Positions 38,826 through 48,402 of a DNA stretch of 64,000 bases are shown here, one piece after another (position 1 is the first letter of the stretch; every line of letters starts with the position of its first letter). The notes below the pieces were generated by a model. The model saw only the letters and a program-made list of their open reading frames with translations, was not told the origin of the DNA and made no database searches. The DNA comes from Spirochaetales bacterium (GTDB lineage: Bacteria; Spirochaetota; Spirochaetia; SZUA-6; DRHE01). The stretch is taken from NCBI GenBank assembly GCA_030615505.1, contig JAUWZD010000008.1, positions 104 to 64,103 on the forward strand, in the 5' to 3' direction. A program made the translations under genes and the position numbers.

Positions 38826-39593
38826 TTAAAAGAATAACGGAAAGTCAACCGTAAGGACCTCAGTGTAATCTCTAAATACTGCAACGGTATGCTCAAACTG
38901 GGCTGCTTTTGAACCGTCTGCAGTCATCATAGTCCATCCGTCAGCACCGGTCCTTATCCCTCCGCTTCCCAGGCTTACAGCGGGTTCTACGGTGATCACC
39001 ATACCGGGCGCAATCCGTATTCCCTCTCCCTCCTTTCCCACATGAGGAACATCGGGTTCCTCATGCAGGGACTGCCCGATGCCATGCCCCACAAATTCCT
39101 CTATCACCGTACAGCCGGAATATTTTGCAGAGCGGAGCACTGCAGCCCCTATATCCCCTATACGCTCACCGGTTCTTACTGCGTGCACGCCGGCTAATAC
39201 CGCTTTCCGGGCCGCATTATACAGTTGAAGAGAGTCTGAGCTGCCATGTCCAACTACATAACTCCACGCTGCATCTCCATACCAGCCGCTGACAGAAACA
39301 GCGACATCCACGGTCAGAATATCCCCCACTTTCAACCGGTATCCTGATGGAATCCCATGGGCCACTACCTGATTTATCGATGTGCAGATTGCTCCGGGAA
39401 AATGATTCTCCACTGCTGAAACCGCACCTCTTTTGCGTATAAAGTCTGAAGCAATACGCTCCAGCTCAACTGTGCTGATCCCTGGTTTTATATAATTGTA
39501 CAGATGCGCCAGGGTCTCTGAAGCGATACGGCAGCTTATTCTTATTGAGTCTACATCCCGGGAAGTTTTAAGGGGAATAAAGCGCTCCATCAA
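38826..39593 (-). CDS. map: Type I methionine aminopeptidase
   Basis: CTSIN..VAHGIP, VDV, GD, GHGIG..LHEEP, TVEP, AQFEHT. Confidence 0.95.
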   Translation of the reverse strand: MMERFIPLKTSRDVDSIRISCRIASETLAHLYNYIKPGISTVELERIASDFIRKRGAVSAVENHFPGAICTSINQVVAHGIPSGYRLKVGDILTVDVAVSVSGWYGDAAWSYVVGHGSSDSLQLYNAARKAVLAGVHAVRTGERIGDIGAAVLRSAKYSGCTVIEEFVGHGIGQSLHEEPDVPHVGKEGEGIRIAPGMVITVEPAVSLGSGGIRTGADGWTMMTADGSKAAQFEHTVAVFRDYTEVLTVDFPLFF

Positions 39594-41258
39594 TCAGGTA
39601 TCCCCATAATAGAGAGAGAGATAATTTCTCATGACCTTATCCCAGGTATAATGCTCAATAATTTCGTAAAAAGCCTGCCTGCGCATTTTATCAAGATATT
39701 CCGGATTGTTACGATAATCCTCCATGCAGTGTACTATTGCCTCTGTCAGGGCTGAGGTTGAGTGCTCCTTATAGCTGTAACCATTGTAGCCATCCCGCAC
39801 CTTAATCAATCCTCCCACTCCGTGTACTACGGGAAGGTTTCCCATCATCTGGGCGAAAAAATCCGTTAATCCGCAGGGCTCGTAAAGTGATGGTATGAGA
39901 AAGAAATCACCGCCGGCATAGATCATCTTAGCTAAAGCGGAATTATAGCCGATCAGCACGCAGAGCTTCCCCCGTGACGGAGCCTCCCTGCATAATGTGA
40001 TCAGACTGCGCTCAATAGCTTTTTCACCCTGTCCCAGGATTAGAAAACGTGCCTCCACTCCTCGCAGCAGCAGTTCCGATATGGCTTGAGTCAGGATATC
40101 AACACCCTTCTGGCCTGTGAGTCTGCCTACAAAAGTAAAAAAAGGCACTTTGAACCCGCCTGATAGTGAGCCGAAACAGGACAGCCCCGCCAGTTTACAA
40201 CACATGCCCTGTCTCCCCCGCCTGTCCTCCCTGCCATGTCTGTCATGCCCGCTTCCCTGGTGCAATCCTTCACCGGAGCCCTTATCCAGCCGCTTTAAGA
40301 GCGCATCTCTGATCCTTCCCTTTCCTTTAAGCTCTCCTCTCAAAGGATCAAACGCATACGGGATGCCGGACTTTAAAGGATCTCGAGGATCAAAGGGCCC
40401 GGGATCTATGCCATTGGTAATGCCTGTAAGTTTAAATCCCCTTTCCCGGTATGCTCTTCCGAGCCGGCCGGTAAGCTCATCCAGCCCTCCGGGTGCGGAA
40501 CCGGAAAGGATCTCCCGTGCATATTCTTCGGAAACCGTATTCACTTTTGCATAGTAAGCGCCCAGGAGGAGAGGATCCACAGCCCGATTCAGGAGACCTT
40601 TTCCCAATACCTTTACATGCAGTCCGGTTAATTGCCCTGCAAAATTGATATCGTAGATCTCCTGATGATAGCCCATTCCTGCATTGTGAATGGTAATTAA
40701 TGCCCGGGTTCCCTTAAAATACTCCCTGTAGCGGGGAATTTCTCTCATCATGGCCGGAAGCACGGCGCTGTGCCCGTCATGACAGTGAAATACATCAGGT
40801 CTCTCTCTTAAGCGGTAAGCCAGCTCTAAGGCTCCCCGCTGAAGAATCATATTAAGGTGGTGAGAATCCCAATGGCCGGATCCCTCCTTCATCTCCGGAT
40901 TCTCAAGCTCATCCAGCTCTGTATATGTATAGACTGATCTTTTTGATCGAGTTCGGTCAGATCCAAGCAGAAATATCCGGACACCCTCCTGCATTGACTC
41001 ATAAACTTCAATCTGCTCCGAAGCTGAGATTGAAGAGTAATTATGAGCCGGCAGGTCAAGTGAAATGGTTATGGGAATCTTTTGTGCTTCAAGATCCCGT
41101 ATTTCGAGGAAGCCGTACAGGAGAAGAACAACCGTAGTGGGAATACCCTCCGCTGCCAGGCTCTTTGCTAACCCGGCTACTACATCCTTGATGCCGCCCG
41201 CTTCAGCTATTCCGCCGTATTCCCGGGATATATGCCAGATTCCTCTCTCTAACTGCAT
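39594..41258 (-). CDS. glgA: Glycogen/starch synthase (GT5)
   Basis: AGGIKDV, HCHDGH, TIHN, NTVS..YA.EI, GITNGID, GRLT.QKG, PSLYEPCGL. Confidence 0.85.
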   Translation of the reverse strand: MQLERGIWHISREYGGIAEAGGIKDVVAGLAKSLAAEGIPTTVVLLLYGFLEIRDLEAQKIPITISLDLPAHNYSSISASEQIEVYESMQEGVRIFLLGSDRTRSKRSVYTYTELDELENPEMKEGSGHWDSHHLNMILQRGALELAYRLRERPDVFHCHDGHSAVLPAMMREIPRYREYFKGTRALITIHNAGMGYHQEIYDINFAGQLTGLHVKVLGKGLLNRAVDPLLLGAYYAKVNTVSEEYAREILSGSAPGGLDELTGRLGRAYRERGFKLTGITNGIDPGPFDPRDPLKSGIPYAFDPLRGELKGKGRIRDALLKRLDKGSGEGLHQGSGHDRHGREDRRGRQGMCCKLAGLSCFGSLSGGFKVPFFTFVGRLTGQKGVDILTQAISELLLRGVEARFLILGQGEKAIERSLITLCREAPSRGKLCVLIGYNSALAKMIYAGGDFFLIPSLYEPCGLTDFFAQMMGNLPVVHGVGGLIKVRDGYNGYSYKEHSTSALTEAIVHCMEDYRNNPEYLDKMRRQAFYEIIEHYTWDKVMRNYLSLYYGDT

Positions 41259-41325
41259 GGGACCCTCAATCAGTTATGTTCCCGGCAGAAGCGAATAATT
41301 AAGTGAATGAGTGTACCAGTGAAAC

Positions 41326-41703
41326 TCATGGATGAATCCGTATTCCCGGTTCCTGCAAATCCGGTCTTAAGGCCTCGGCACCGTCAAGGTAAACGGAACA
41401 TGGATATGCTTTTTTCTCAGTATTGTAGGTTAAAAGAACCCTTATTATCCCATTAAGAGAACCTTCTATATCAGCCTCCTGCACACAGAATAGCGGTACT
41501 TCCCTAAAGCCATGATTCCTCAAGCCCGCAGCCGGGTTTGCCTTGTTGAGATCTTTTGTAACCGAATAAATGACACTTATAATATCTTGCTCGGGGATTG
41601 CATTCTGTTTAAGCACTGTACTCACAAGTTTTACTGAGGCCTGAAATATTGCTTCTTCTGTATTCTCAGGCACTTTTATAGCACCCCGGACTGCTCTTAT
41701 CAT
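41326..41703 (-). CDS. aroH: Chorismate mutase, AroH class
   Basis: RAVRGA, T.DL..ANPA..R, VPL.C.QE, IRVL, YLDGA..LRPDL. Confidence 0.92.
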   Translation of the reverse strand: MIRAVRGAIKVPENTEEAIFQASVKLVSTVLKQNAIPEQDIISVIYSVTKDLNKANPAAGLRNHGFREVPLFCVQEADIEGSLNGIIRVLLTYNTEKKAYPCSVYLDGAEALRPDLQEPGIRIHP

Positions 41704-41723
41704 GCCTATTCTTCACGCTCTCT

Positions 41724-42890
41724 TCAAATAACGGCTCGTATAATTTTTTCCCTCTCCTCTAAGGAGAGCTCTTTTGGATTGCCGGACATGCTTGAACCGG
41801 AAGATCGCATGGCAATTTCCGCTGCCTGATGGGTTGGAATAGAGTATTCCCTCAAATTTTCCGGTAAGCCATAGAGTTTGAAGAGCTTCCCAATCTCTTC
41901 TTGAAGCCACTGCACTGCATCATATCCTTTAGGAATTCCATACCCCTGATCCTGCAGGGCCTCTCCTGCCAGGACTTCACAATCCTTCCGGATGTATTCG
42001 GCATTGGCTTTAAGAACCGGGCGTATAAAAACAGCGCAGATCAGGCCGTGCGGAATATCATAAAGCCCTCCCAGGCCGGAAGCAAAACCGTGAGCCGCGC
42101 CCAGGCCCGAATTGGCCAGGGCAAGACCGCTTATCATAGCTCCGTAGGCAGCGCCGGTTCGTGCGTTAAGGTCTTTCGGATTCTGAGGTAGATCTTTTAA
42201 GGCTTTAAGCATAAAGGGAAAGGCCCTCGTAATTAGAGAGCGTGTAATGAGTTTTGCTTTGCGGGAAACAAATGATTCGATCAACTGGGTCAAAGCGTCC
42301 ATCCCGGCCGTACCGCTTATATTGAGGGGACATTCCAAGATGATCTCGGGATCTACTACAGCACAGGAGGATAAAAGACAGGGAGAGCGAAGGCTGCGCT
42401 TGAGTCCCAGGGCCTTTACTTTTATTACTGCATTTTTTGTCACCTCAGCTCCGGTTCCTGATGTGGTGGGAACCGCAATCCAGGGAATTCCCGGAGCCGT
42501 AATTGCCTTCGGTTCCTGGCAGGCACCCTCTAAAAAATCATCAACTCTTTCATTCAAAGGCAATAGCCCGGATAATGCCTTGGCGGTATCAATCACCGAT
42601 CCGCCGCCGACTGCCAGCATTACATCGGGCCCCTGCTCCCTAGCTTCCATCAACAGCTCTTCAAGTCCTTCACTGGTCGGCTCTCCTCCGGGACATGTAA
42701 GATGGGCATGCTTAAAATCTTTTAGAAGCGAATAGAACTCACTCTTCCATGAAGATTGGTTAAACCATCTCTTCCCGGTAATCAGGAGAACGCGGCGGCC
42801 ATATTTCCCAATCATATCAGGGATCCGAGCTCTCATTCCCGGGCCAAAAATGATGGCCTCAGGCTGTTCATAGACAAATCTCTGTATCAT
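41724..42890 (-). CDS. Iron-containing alcohol dehydrogenase family protein
   Basis: GGGSVID, PTTSGTGAEVT, DALTQLIE, GAAHG, PHG. Confidence 0.9.
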   Translation of the reverse strand: MIQRFVYEQPEAIIFGPGMRARIPDMIGKYGRRVLLITGKRWFNQSSWKSEFYSLLKDFKHAHLTCPGGEPTSEGLEELLMEAREQGPDVMLAVGGGSVIDTAKALSGLLPLNERVDDFLEGACQEPKAITAPGIPWIAVPTTSGTGAEVTKNAVIKVKALGLKRSLRSPCLLSSCAVVDPEIILECPLNISGTAGMDALTQLIESFVSRKAKLITRSLITRAFPFMLKALKDLPQNPKDLNARTGAAYGAMISGLALANSGLGAAHGFASGLGGLYDIPHGLICAVFIRPVLKANAEYIRKDCEVLAGEALQDQGYGIPKGYDAVQWLQEEIGKLFKLYGLPENLREYSIPTHQAAEIAMRSSGSSMSGNPKELSLEEREKIIRAVI

Positions 42891-42995
42891 AATGGGAACT
42901 TTCTTTAGCCAGTATAACAGCCACGGGGAAAGACTGTCAATTTAAACCCTTAAGCTCCAAGATGCTTAAGTCAATCAAGCCGTCCGGTATACTCC

Positions 42996-43325
42996 TTATA
43001 GCTGAAACCAGGCTGAGAGGAATTTAAAGGCAAGTAATAAAAAATAGCAGAACACAACGGAGGTAAAGGTAAGTATAAGTTTTAAAACCTGCTTTTTTTT
43101 CTGCTGCATAATGAAAATTAATGCGATATGAAACATTCCGAAAACAACCTCTAAAAGCAGACTGATTTCCAGCAAATCAAGAAGTAAAATATGGCTGGAG
43201 TCAAGAAACTCTTGAAAATTCCCCAAAAGGTAGAGGGAGAGCAGTATGAGTGATTGAATAAAGAAAAAAATCGTACCCCTGCTGACCAACTGATAGAGAG
43301 TGGCCAGTAGAAAAATTCTTATCAT
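42996..43325 (-). CDS. Small membrane protein
   Basis: Three hydrophobic segments; promoter immediately upstream. Confidence 0.7.
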   Translation of the reverse strand: MIRIFLLATLYQLVSRGTIFFFIQSLILLSLYLLGNFQEFLDSSHILLLDLLEISLLLEVVFGMFHIALIFIMQQKKKQVLKLILTFTSVVFCYFLLLAFKFLSAWFQL

Positions 43326-43415
43326 GCAGGAGAATTATACACCGTATTAATTAACTGGTCAGGTAGTGTTCTTGCAATTTAACTTAAATTACGTATTATG
43401 GAATGAGAAGAGGTA

Positions 43416-44294
43416 GTGATGAAAAAAATTATTATAATTCTTATTATTCTTCTACTGACCGGAGGTTGTATATTTTACTTCGGCTGGATTCAGATCCTGC
43501 TTCCTCCTGAAACCTATGCGGTTATCTTTACAAAAATGGGCGGCTATGACAGTCATGTAACGGAGCCGGGTGTCTTCACATGGCGATGGGAAAGACTTAT
43601 TCCCACCAATATGACCGTATTTAAATTCGACCTGAAACCCTATACATCTGAGGTATCTTATAAAACCACTCTGCCCTCCGGCGAGCTCTATGCATCGATA
43701 TTGCCCGAAAATCCCGATTTTGACTTTGAGGCCGCAGTTGCTGTGGAGTTCAGATTAAAGCCTGAGAGTCTTCCGGATATGGTTGCTAATGATAAACTAA
43801 AGCCGGAAACACTTTCTGAGTACTATGAAAAAACTGCAAAAGCACTTACACCGAAAATAATGGAGCTTTCCCTTCAAAGAGATAAACAGGGCTCCCAGGG
43901 CAGTGTCCTGCCTGATATAAAATGGGATAAAAGGCTCATTACAAAGCTTGAGGAATTTTATCCGGATATCGAGGTGCTTAGCCTCCATACCCGGGTATTG
44001 AAGATTCCGGACCTCGAACTGTACATGCTGGCTAAAGAATCCTACCTGAAGCTGCTTAAGACCCGGGAAGACTCCATGAACACTGTTGCCGCCCAGCTGG
44101 CTGTTGAGCAGGAAAGGGCAAAAGCCCAGGTACAGAGCGAGCGAGCCAGGCTTAAGCTTATTAGCGAATACGGCGAACTATTTACCAAATACCCTGTCCT
44201 CCTAAAGCTGTACTATATTCAGAAGGCTTCAGGAGCAGAAGGATTGGATATTCCGGAGCTTAAAGACTTAAAAATTCTCGAAGAATCAGAATAA
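43416..44294 (+). CDS. Membrane-anchored hypothetical protein, SPFH/Band7-like
   Basis: N-terminal TM; YAVIFTKMGG..V.EPG.F.WRWE.LIP; C-terminal coiled coil ending YGELF.KYP.L. Confidence 0.7.
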   Translation: MMKKIIIILIILLLTGGCIFYFGWIQILLPPETYAVIFTKMGGYDSHVTEPGVFTWRWERLIPTNMTVFKFDLKPYTSEVSYKTTLPSGELYASILPENPDFDFEAAVAVEFRLKPESLPDMVANDKLKPETLSEYYEKTAKALTPKIMELSLQRDKQGSQGSVLPDIKWDKRLITKLEEFYPDIEVLSLHTRVLKIPDLELYMLAKESYLKLLKTREDSMNTVAAQLAVEQERAKAQVQSERARLKLISEYGELFTKYPVLLKLYYIQKASGAEGLDIPELKDLKILEESE

Positions 44295-44296
44295 AC

Positions 44297-44803
44297 GTGA
44301 ACAGAGAATATTTCTACAGTTTTGATAAGCTGGCCTATGTAAAAGGAGCTAAACCCAAAGGATGTATCCTGTGTCTGATCCGTGACCAGGACCCTAATGT
44401 TATTGACTTAAGTATTTACAGGGATGATCTGTTCATTACAGTGGTCAATTTATATCCCTATAATCCAGGCCATCTTATGGTCTTTCCGGTGCGGCACATT
44501 GAGGATATCCGGCAGTACACTTTACAGGAGGAAAAGATGCTCTCCAAACTGAAACGATACCTGCTGGATATAACGGACAATCTATTTGAGCCGATTGGCT
44601 ATAATATCGGCTATAATATGGGTCAACCTGCCGGCGCCTCTATATCTCATCTGCACCTTCATATTATTCCCCGTTATCCGAGTGAACTGGGTATCTCTGA
44701 TTTGATTGCCGGGAAGCGTGTTTTAGTGGAAAACCCCCGGGAAACAGCCAGGAAGTTTCGTGAAAAAATAGCTCAGGATGCTTTTTCGATAATGCGAAGC
44801 TGA
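44297..44803 (+). CDS. HIT-family hydrolase
   Basis: CILC, NLYPYNPGH, HLHLHIIPR triad. Confidence 0.92.
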   Translation: MNREYFYSFDKLAYVKGAKPKGCILCLIRDQDPNVIDLSIYRDDLFITVVNLYPYNPGHLMVFPVRHIEDIRQYTLQEEKMLSKLKRYLLDITDNLFEPIGYNIGYNMGQPAGASISHLHLHIIPRYPSELGISDLIAGKRVLVENPRETARKFREKIAQDAFSIMRS

Positions 44804-46557
44804 TCAAGAAGGTTCTGGAAATCGGCAATAATATCTGAGGCCGCCCTTAAAAGATGGGCCAGGGTCTGGTTTTTCCCCTTGTGATAATGAATGGTTTTCA
44901 GTATGGATTTGACATTCTCAATAGGGCTTGTGGAAAGCTCATCAAAGATCTTCTTAATTCCTAAAAGGTTTTCTTCTCCTCGATCAAGAAGCTCTTTAGC
45001 TTCCCTGTCTTTTTGGACAATAAAGTTATTATACATCTTCTGCTGGGTGAGATCGGTTGATATGCGGTGGCGGTAGCGTGTCAATGTTTTTCCGTCATCT
45101 TCATCCGGTGATAAGGAGCGATCAAAAAGCACAATTTTGGCCTCCAGCTCTTCTAAACCTGCTGCATGCTGCATCAGCCTGGCCTGAATTATCCGATTGT
45201 TGGAAAGCGCATAGGCATTTACTATCTGGACCACATCCTGTATATACCCTTTATACACTTTTGAAAGGTAATTGTAGAAAAGAACCATGGATTTTGTGTA
45301 GGCAAAGTAGGAAAGCCCGATTTTTCTGAAATCAAAACTCGGTTTATCATTATAGTAGAAAAGCTCCAGTAGTTGATCCGTTTTAAAGATTTCCTTGATC
45401 TTTCGATCCACCACATTTCTCTTTATTTCAGTCATTTTTTCATCAAGCTGGTCGAGGAGGGATTTCTTCATGGCGGTTGTATAGATTGATCTAATCTGTA
45501 AGCGGGGAATATTAAAAACAAGTTTGTAATAGGGATCCTTTCTGAAATACTGAACTAAATCAAGGACAGGTACTTTGTGGTCAAAATTAATAGCGGTATC
45601 AATCAGCTTGGTAAGTGCGCTGCTCAGATCAAGCACTTCATGTTCGATTTCCTGGTTATCCAATTCATCGGCTTCCTCAAGGCCTCTTCCCCGGAGGTGG
45701 AGGCAGTAGTAGGTTAAAATCTCCTCATGGCAGAACCAATCCCTGGGGAGTTTCAGGGCTAGATAGATCGCATAGTAGAGCCTTTCCAACTGATCCAGCA
45801 TGAGCATGGCCGGTGCATGGTTAAAGTACGGATAATTATCCTCCAGCCTGTCTCCCAGGAAGTAATTGAAATGCCTGAAAAGAGATGAAAAGGAAAATAA
45901 AACCAGATTCTTAAGATATATAAGAGGTCTTATTCCCTCTTCCATCAGAGAAAACTGCTTATCCGGTATCTTTCTCTGATAATCATTGAATCTGCGAAGA
46001 AGCTGCCTTTTTATCTCTTCCTCATAACCGCTCCGGGCATAGATATCTTCCATTTCATCAAGTGTCATGAGATCTTTAATATCTTTCTTAGCGCCTTCAT
46101 ATTTTTTATTGAATAGATTGATTATAACGGAATCCCGAAAATCCGGATCCCGGTTGAAAAACTTGTAGAGTTCCTGCAGTGGAAAAACAGCAGCATAGAG
46201 ATCATATACATTCTGAGCAAACTTGGATGTCAGATTCCGTGTCTCAAAACCGGAAAGGCCTGCTGTCCTCTGTTTGATTCTGCGCTTCAGATCAGCAAGT
46301 TTCATGTTTATAAAGATGTCGCGTTTGGATCTGCCGGTGAAGAAATGCTTCAGCCAGAGAATGAATAGACCCCACCTGGAAATTTGAAGCATCTCTTCTG
46401 AAATGAGGCGTTCCCGCTCATCTTTATTGAGTTCGACCCGGATAATTTCCTCTCTCTCTTCCCTTGCTCTATTCTTTGAGATCTTGGCCAGCAGCTCCTT
46501 ACGTTCCTTCTCAGGAAGTTCGGAAGACAGTTCTTCAAGCTTTGTTTTTTCAAGCAT
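44773..46557 (-). CDS. Conserved helical hypothetical protein (resembles spirochaetal DUF5312)
   Basis: 594-aa helical ORF, coupled to thiN; family call is from memory. Confidence 0.65.
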   Translation of the reverse strand: MLEKTKLEELSSELPEKERKELLAKISKNRAREEREEIIRVELNKDERERLISEEMLQISRWGLFILWLKHFFTGRSKRDIFINMKLADLKRRIKQRTAGLSGFETRNLTSKFAQNVYDLYAAVFPLQELYKFFNRDPDFRDSVIINLFNKKYEGAKKDIKDLMTLDEMEDIYARSGYEEEIKRQLLRRFNDYQRKIPDKQFSLMEEGIRPLIYLKNLVLFSFSSLFRHFNYFLGDRLEDNYPYFNHAPAMLMLDQLERLYYAIYLALKLPRDWFCHEEILTYYCLHLRGRGLEEADELDNQEIEHEVLDLSSALTKLIDTAINFDHKVPVLDLVQYFRKDPYYKLVFNIPRLQIRSIYTTAMKKSLLDQLDEKMTEIKRNVVDRKIKEIFKTDQLLELFYYNDKPSFDFRKIGLSYFAYTKSMVLFYNYLSKVYKGYIQDVVQIVNAYALSNNRIIQARLMQHAAGLEELEAKIVLFDRSLSPDEDDGKTLTRYRHRISTDLTQQKMYNNFIVQKDREAKELLDRGEENLLGIKKIFDELSTSPIENVKSILKTIHYHKGKNQTLAHLLRAASDIIADFQNLLDQLRIIEKAS

Positions 46558-47197
46558 CCTGAAGCTCCGGTAAGGTTCGAATCATCAATATTTTCCCATG
46601 TCCAACACAAACCCGCCCCTGATCGGCAGTAATAATATTGCTGATGCCTGCCTCCCCCCTCTTCCAGCATAATCCGTCTAAAGACCATTTCAGGCCCTCA
46701 GAGTGCATGTCTCCCGCTTCATCTCCTAAAGGGAAAAACGAAACCGTCTGGCCCTTCCAGTTTTCAAATTCCATCTCGCTGTTAATCACCTGTATGTGTT
46801 CACGCGCCGTGAACCATGCATAAGGATAGTAGTCTCGCTCAAACAAGCAGATAATGCCCAGCAAATGATCCAGGCGCCCGCCGCCTCCACCCATTAAAAT
46901 AACCCTTTTGAAACCCATCTCCTTAAACATGTTTAATCCAATTTCCAGATCCGTTTCATCCTTATCTTCAGGGAATTTCTTAAGCTTCTCAGGAGACAGA
47001 GACTTAAAGCGTTTGCTTTTAGCAATTGAGTCCAGATCACCCACTAACAGATCCGGTTCGAGGTTCAGCCTGCAGGCCAGATCAAAACCGGAATTTGCCG
47101 CAATAATATAACGCACGGAATCCAAAACTCTTTCAATATACTGAATTGTTGGTCCCTCACCGCCGATCAATAGGAGCCCATTCTCTTTTACACTCAT
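46550..47197 (-). CDS. thiN: Thiamine diphosphokinase
   Basis: VGDLDS, DKDETD, GGRLDH, GLKW.L, GISN. Confidence 0.92.
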   Translation of the reverse strand: MSVKENGLLLIGGEGPTIQYIERVLDSVRYIIAANSGFDLACRLNLEPDLLVGDLDSIAKSKRFKSLSPEKLKKFPEDKDETDLEIGLNMFKEMGFKRVILMGGGGGRLDHLLGIICLFERDYYPYAWFTAREHIQVINSEMEFENWKGQTVSFFPLGDEAGDMHSEGLKWSLDGLCWKRGEAGISNIITADQGRVCVGHGKILMIRTLPELQDA

Positions 47198-47305
47198 ATA
47201 TGCGAAATTTTATACCCTTTTATGATAACTTTCAATATAAAAACGGAGCTTAAAAATAAACAGCTTTCATTTTTTTTTGAAATACCGAGGATAAAAACAG
47301 GCACA

Positions 47306-47343
47306 GCGGACAAGGATGTCCGTAATAAACAATCAAGGAGGAT
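47306..47343 (+). promoter_or_regulatory. CsrA-binding hairpin plus a second GGA site in the flagellin RBS
   Basis: CGGACA-AGGA-TGTCCG stem-loop containing ACAAGGATGT; CAAGGAGGAT overlaps the SD. Confidence 0.8.
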
Positions 47344-47346
47344 TGT

Positions 47347-48219
47347 ATGATCATCAATCACAACATGAGTGCCATCTTTGCTCACCGTCAGCATAAGTTT
47401 AACAGTCGCGCTATAGACAAGGACATGGAAAAGCTGTCCTCCGGTATGCGGATCAACCGTGCCGGGGATGACGCCTCCGGTCTGGCGGTCTCGGAGAAGA
47501 TGCGGTCACAGATCCGAGGGCTGCGCAGGGCGGAAAAGAATGCCATGGACGGCATCTCTTTCATCCAGACCACCGAAGGCTACCTGCAGGAGAGTCAGGA
47601 CATACTCCAGAGGCTCAGGGAGCTCGCGGTTCAGGCATCCAACGGGATCTACTCAAACGAAGACAGGATGCAGATCCAGGTCGAGGTATCCCAGCTCATC
47701 GATGAGGTTAACCGCATCGCATCACATGCCCAGTTCAACAGCATGAACCTGCTGACCGGCCGATTTGCCCGCTTTACCGGCGAAAACGTAGTTACGGCCA
47801 GTATGTGGTTTCACATCGGAGCAAATATGGATCAGAGGGAGCAGGTGTTCATCGGTACCATGACGGCTCAGGGTCTGGGACTCCAGGATGTAAACGGACC
47901 TCCCCATACCGCTACATTCATCTCACTTTCATCGCCTGACAGGGCAAATATGGCCATAGGTATGATCGATGAAGCTCTCATGAAGATCAATAAGCAGCGA
48001 GCTGATCTGGGAGCCTATCAGAATCGTCTTGACATGGCCACCCATGGTCTGGCCGTTGGTGCTGAAAATCTCCAGGCATCAGAGTCCCTAATCAGGGATA
48101 CGGATATGGCTGAACAGATGGTAGAATTTGTCAAGAACCAGATTCTGATACAGTCTTCTACCGCCATGCTGGCTCAGGCAAATACCAAACCTCAAACTGT
48201 ACTTCAACTGCTCCAGTAA
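47347..48219 (+). CDS. flaB: Flagellar filament core protein FlaB (flagellin)
   Basis: [43 protein letters not shown]; 290 aa, typical of spirochaetal FlaB. Confidence 0.97.
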   Translation: MIINHNMSAIFAHRQHKFNSRAIDKDMEKLSSGMRINRAGDDASGLAVSEKMRSQIRGLRRAEKNAMDGISFIQTTEGYLQESQDILQRLRELAVQASNGIYSNEDRMQIQVEVSQLIDEVNRIASHAQFNSMNLLTGRFARFTGENVVTASMWFHIGANMDQREQVFIGTMTAQGLGLQDVNGPPHTATFISLSSPDRANMAIGMIDEALMKINKQRADLGAYQNRLDMATHGLAVGAENLQASESLIRDTDMAEQMVEFVKNQILIQSSTAMLAQANTKPQTVLQLLQ

Positions 48220-48241
48220 TCCGTCAACATCGGCGTGCAAT

Positions 48242-48269
48242 AAAAAAGCCCCTTGCCAGGGGCTTTTTT
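48242..48269. terminator. Bidirectional intrinsic terminator
   Basis: AAAAAAGCCCCT-TGCC-AGGGGCTTTTTT between convergent flaB and lipoprotein genes. Confidence 0.88.
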
Positions 48270-48402
48270 AAAAAAAGGCGCGGGGTCCTGCAGAAACCCC
48301 AACTGCTTAGGAATATTTACATATTATACCTGCAAATTGACGATCTTGTACATTAAGCATCAAACCTGTTATATAATCACTATTGTAACAGACCGCTTAA
48401 TA

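Noticed and set aside
47250..47295. sigma28 promoter for flaB
   Set aside because: ACCGAGGA is only a partial -10 match, and no TAAA lies at the proper spacing
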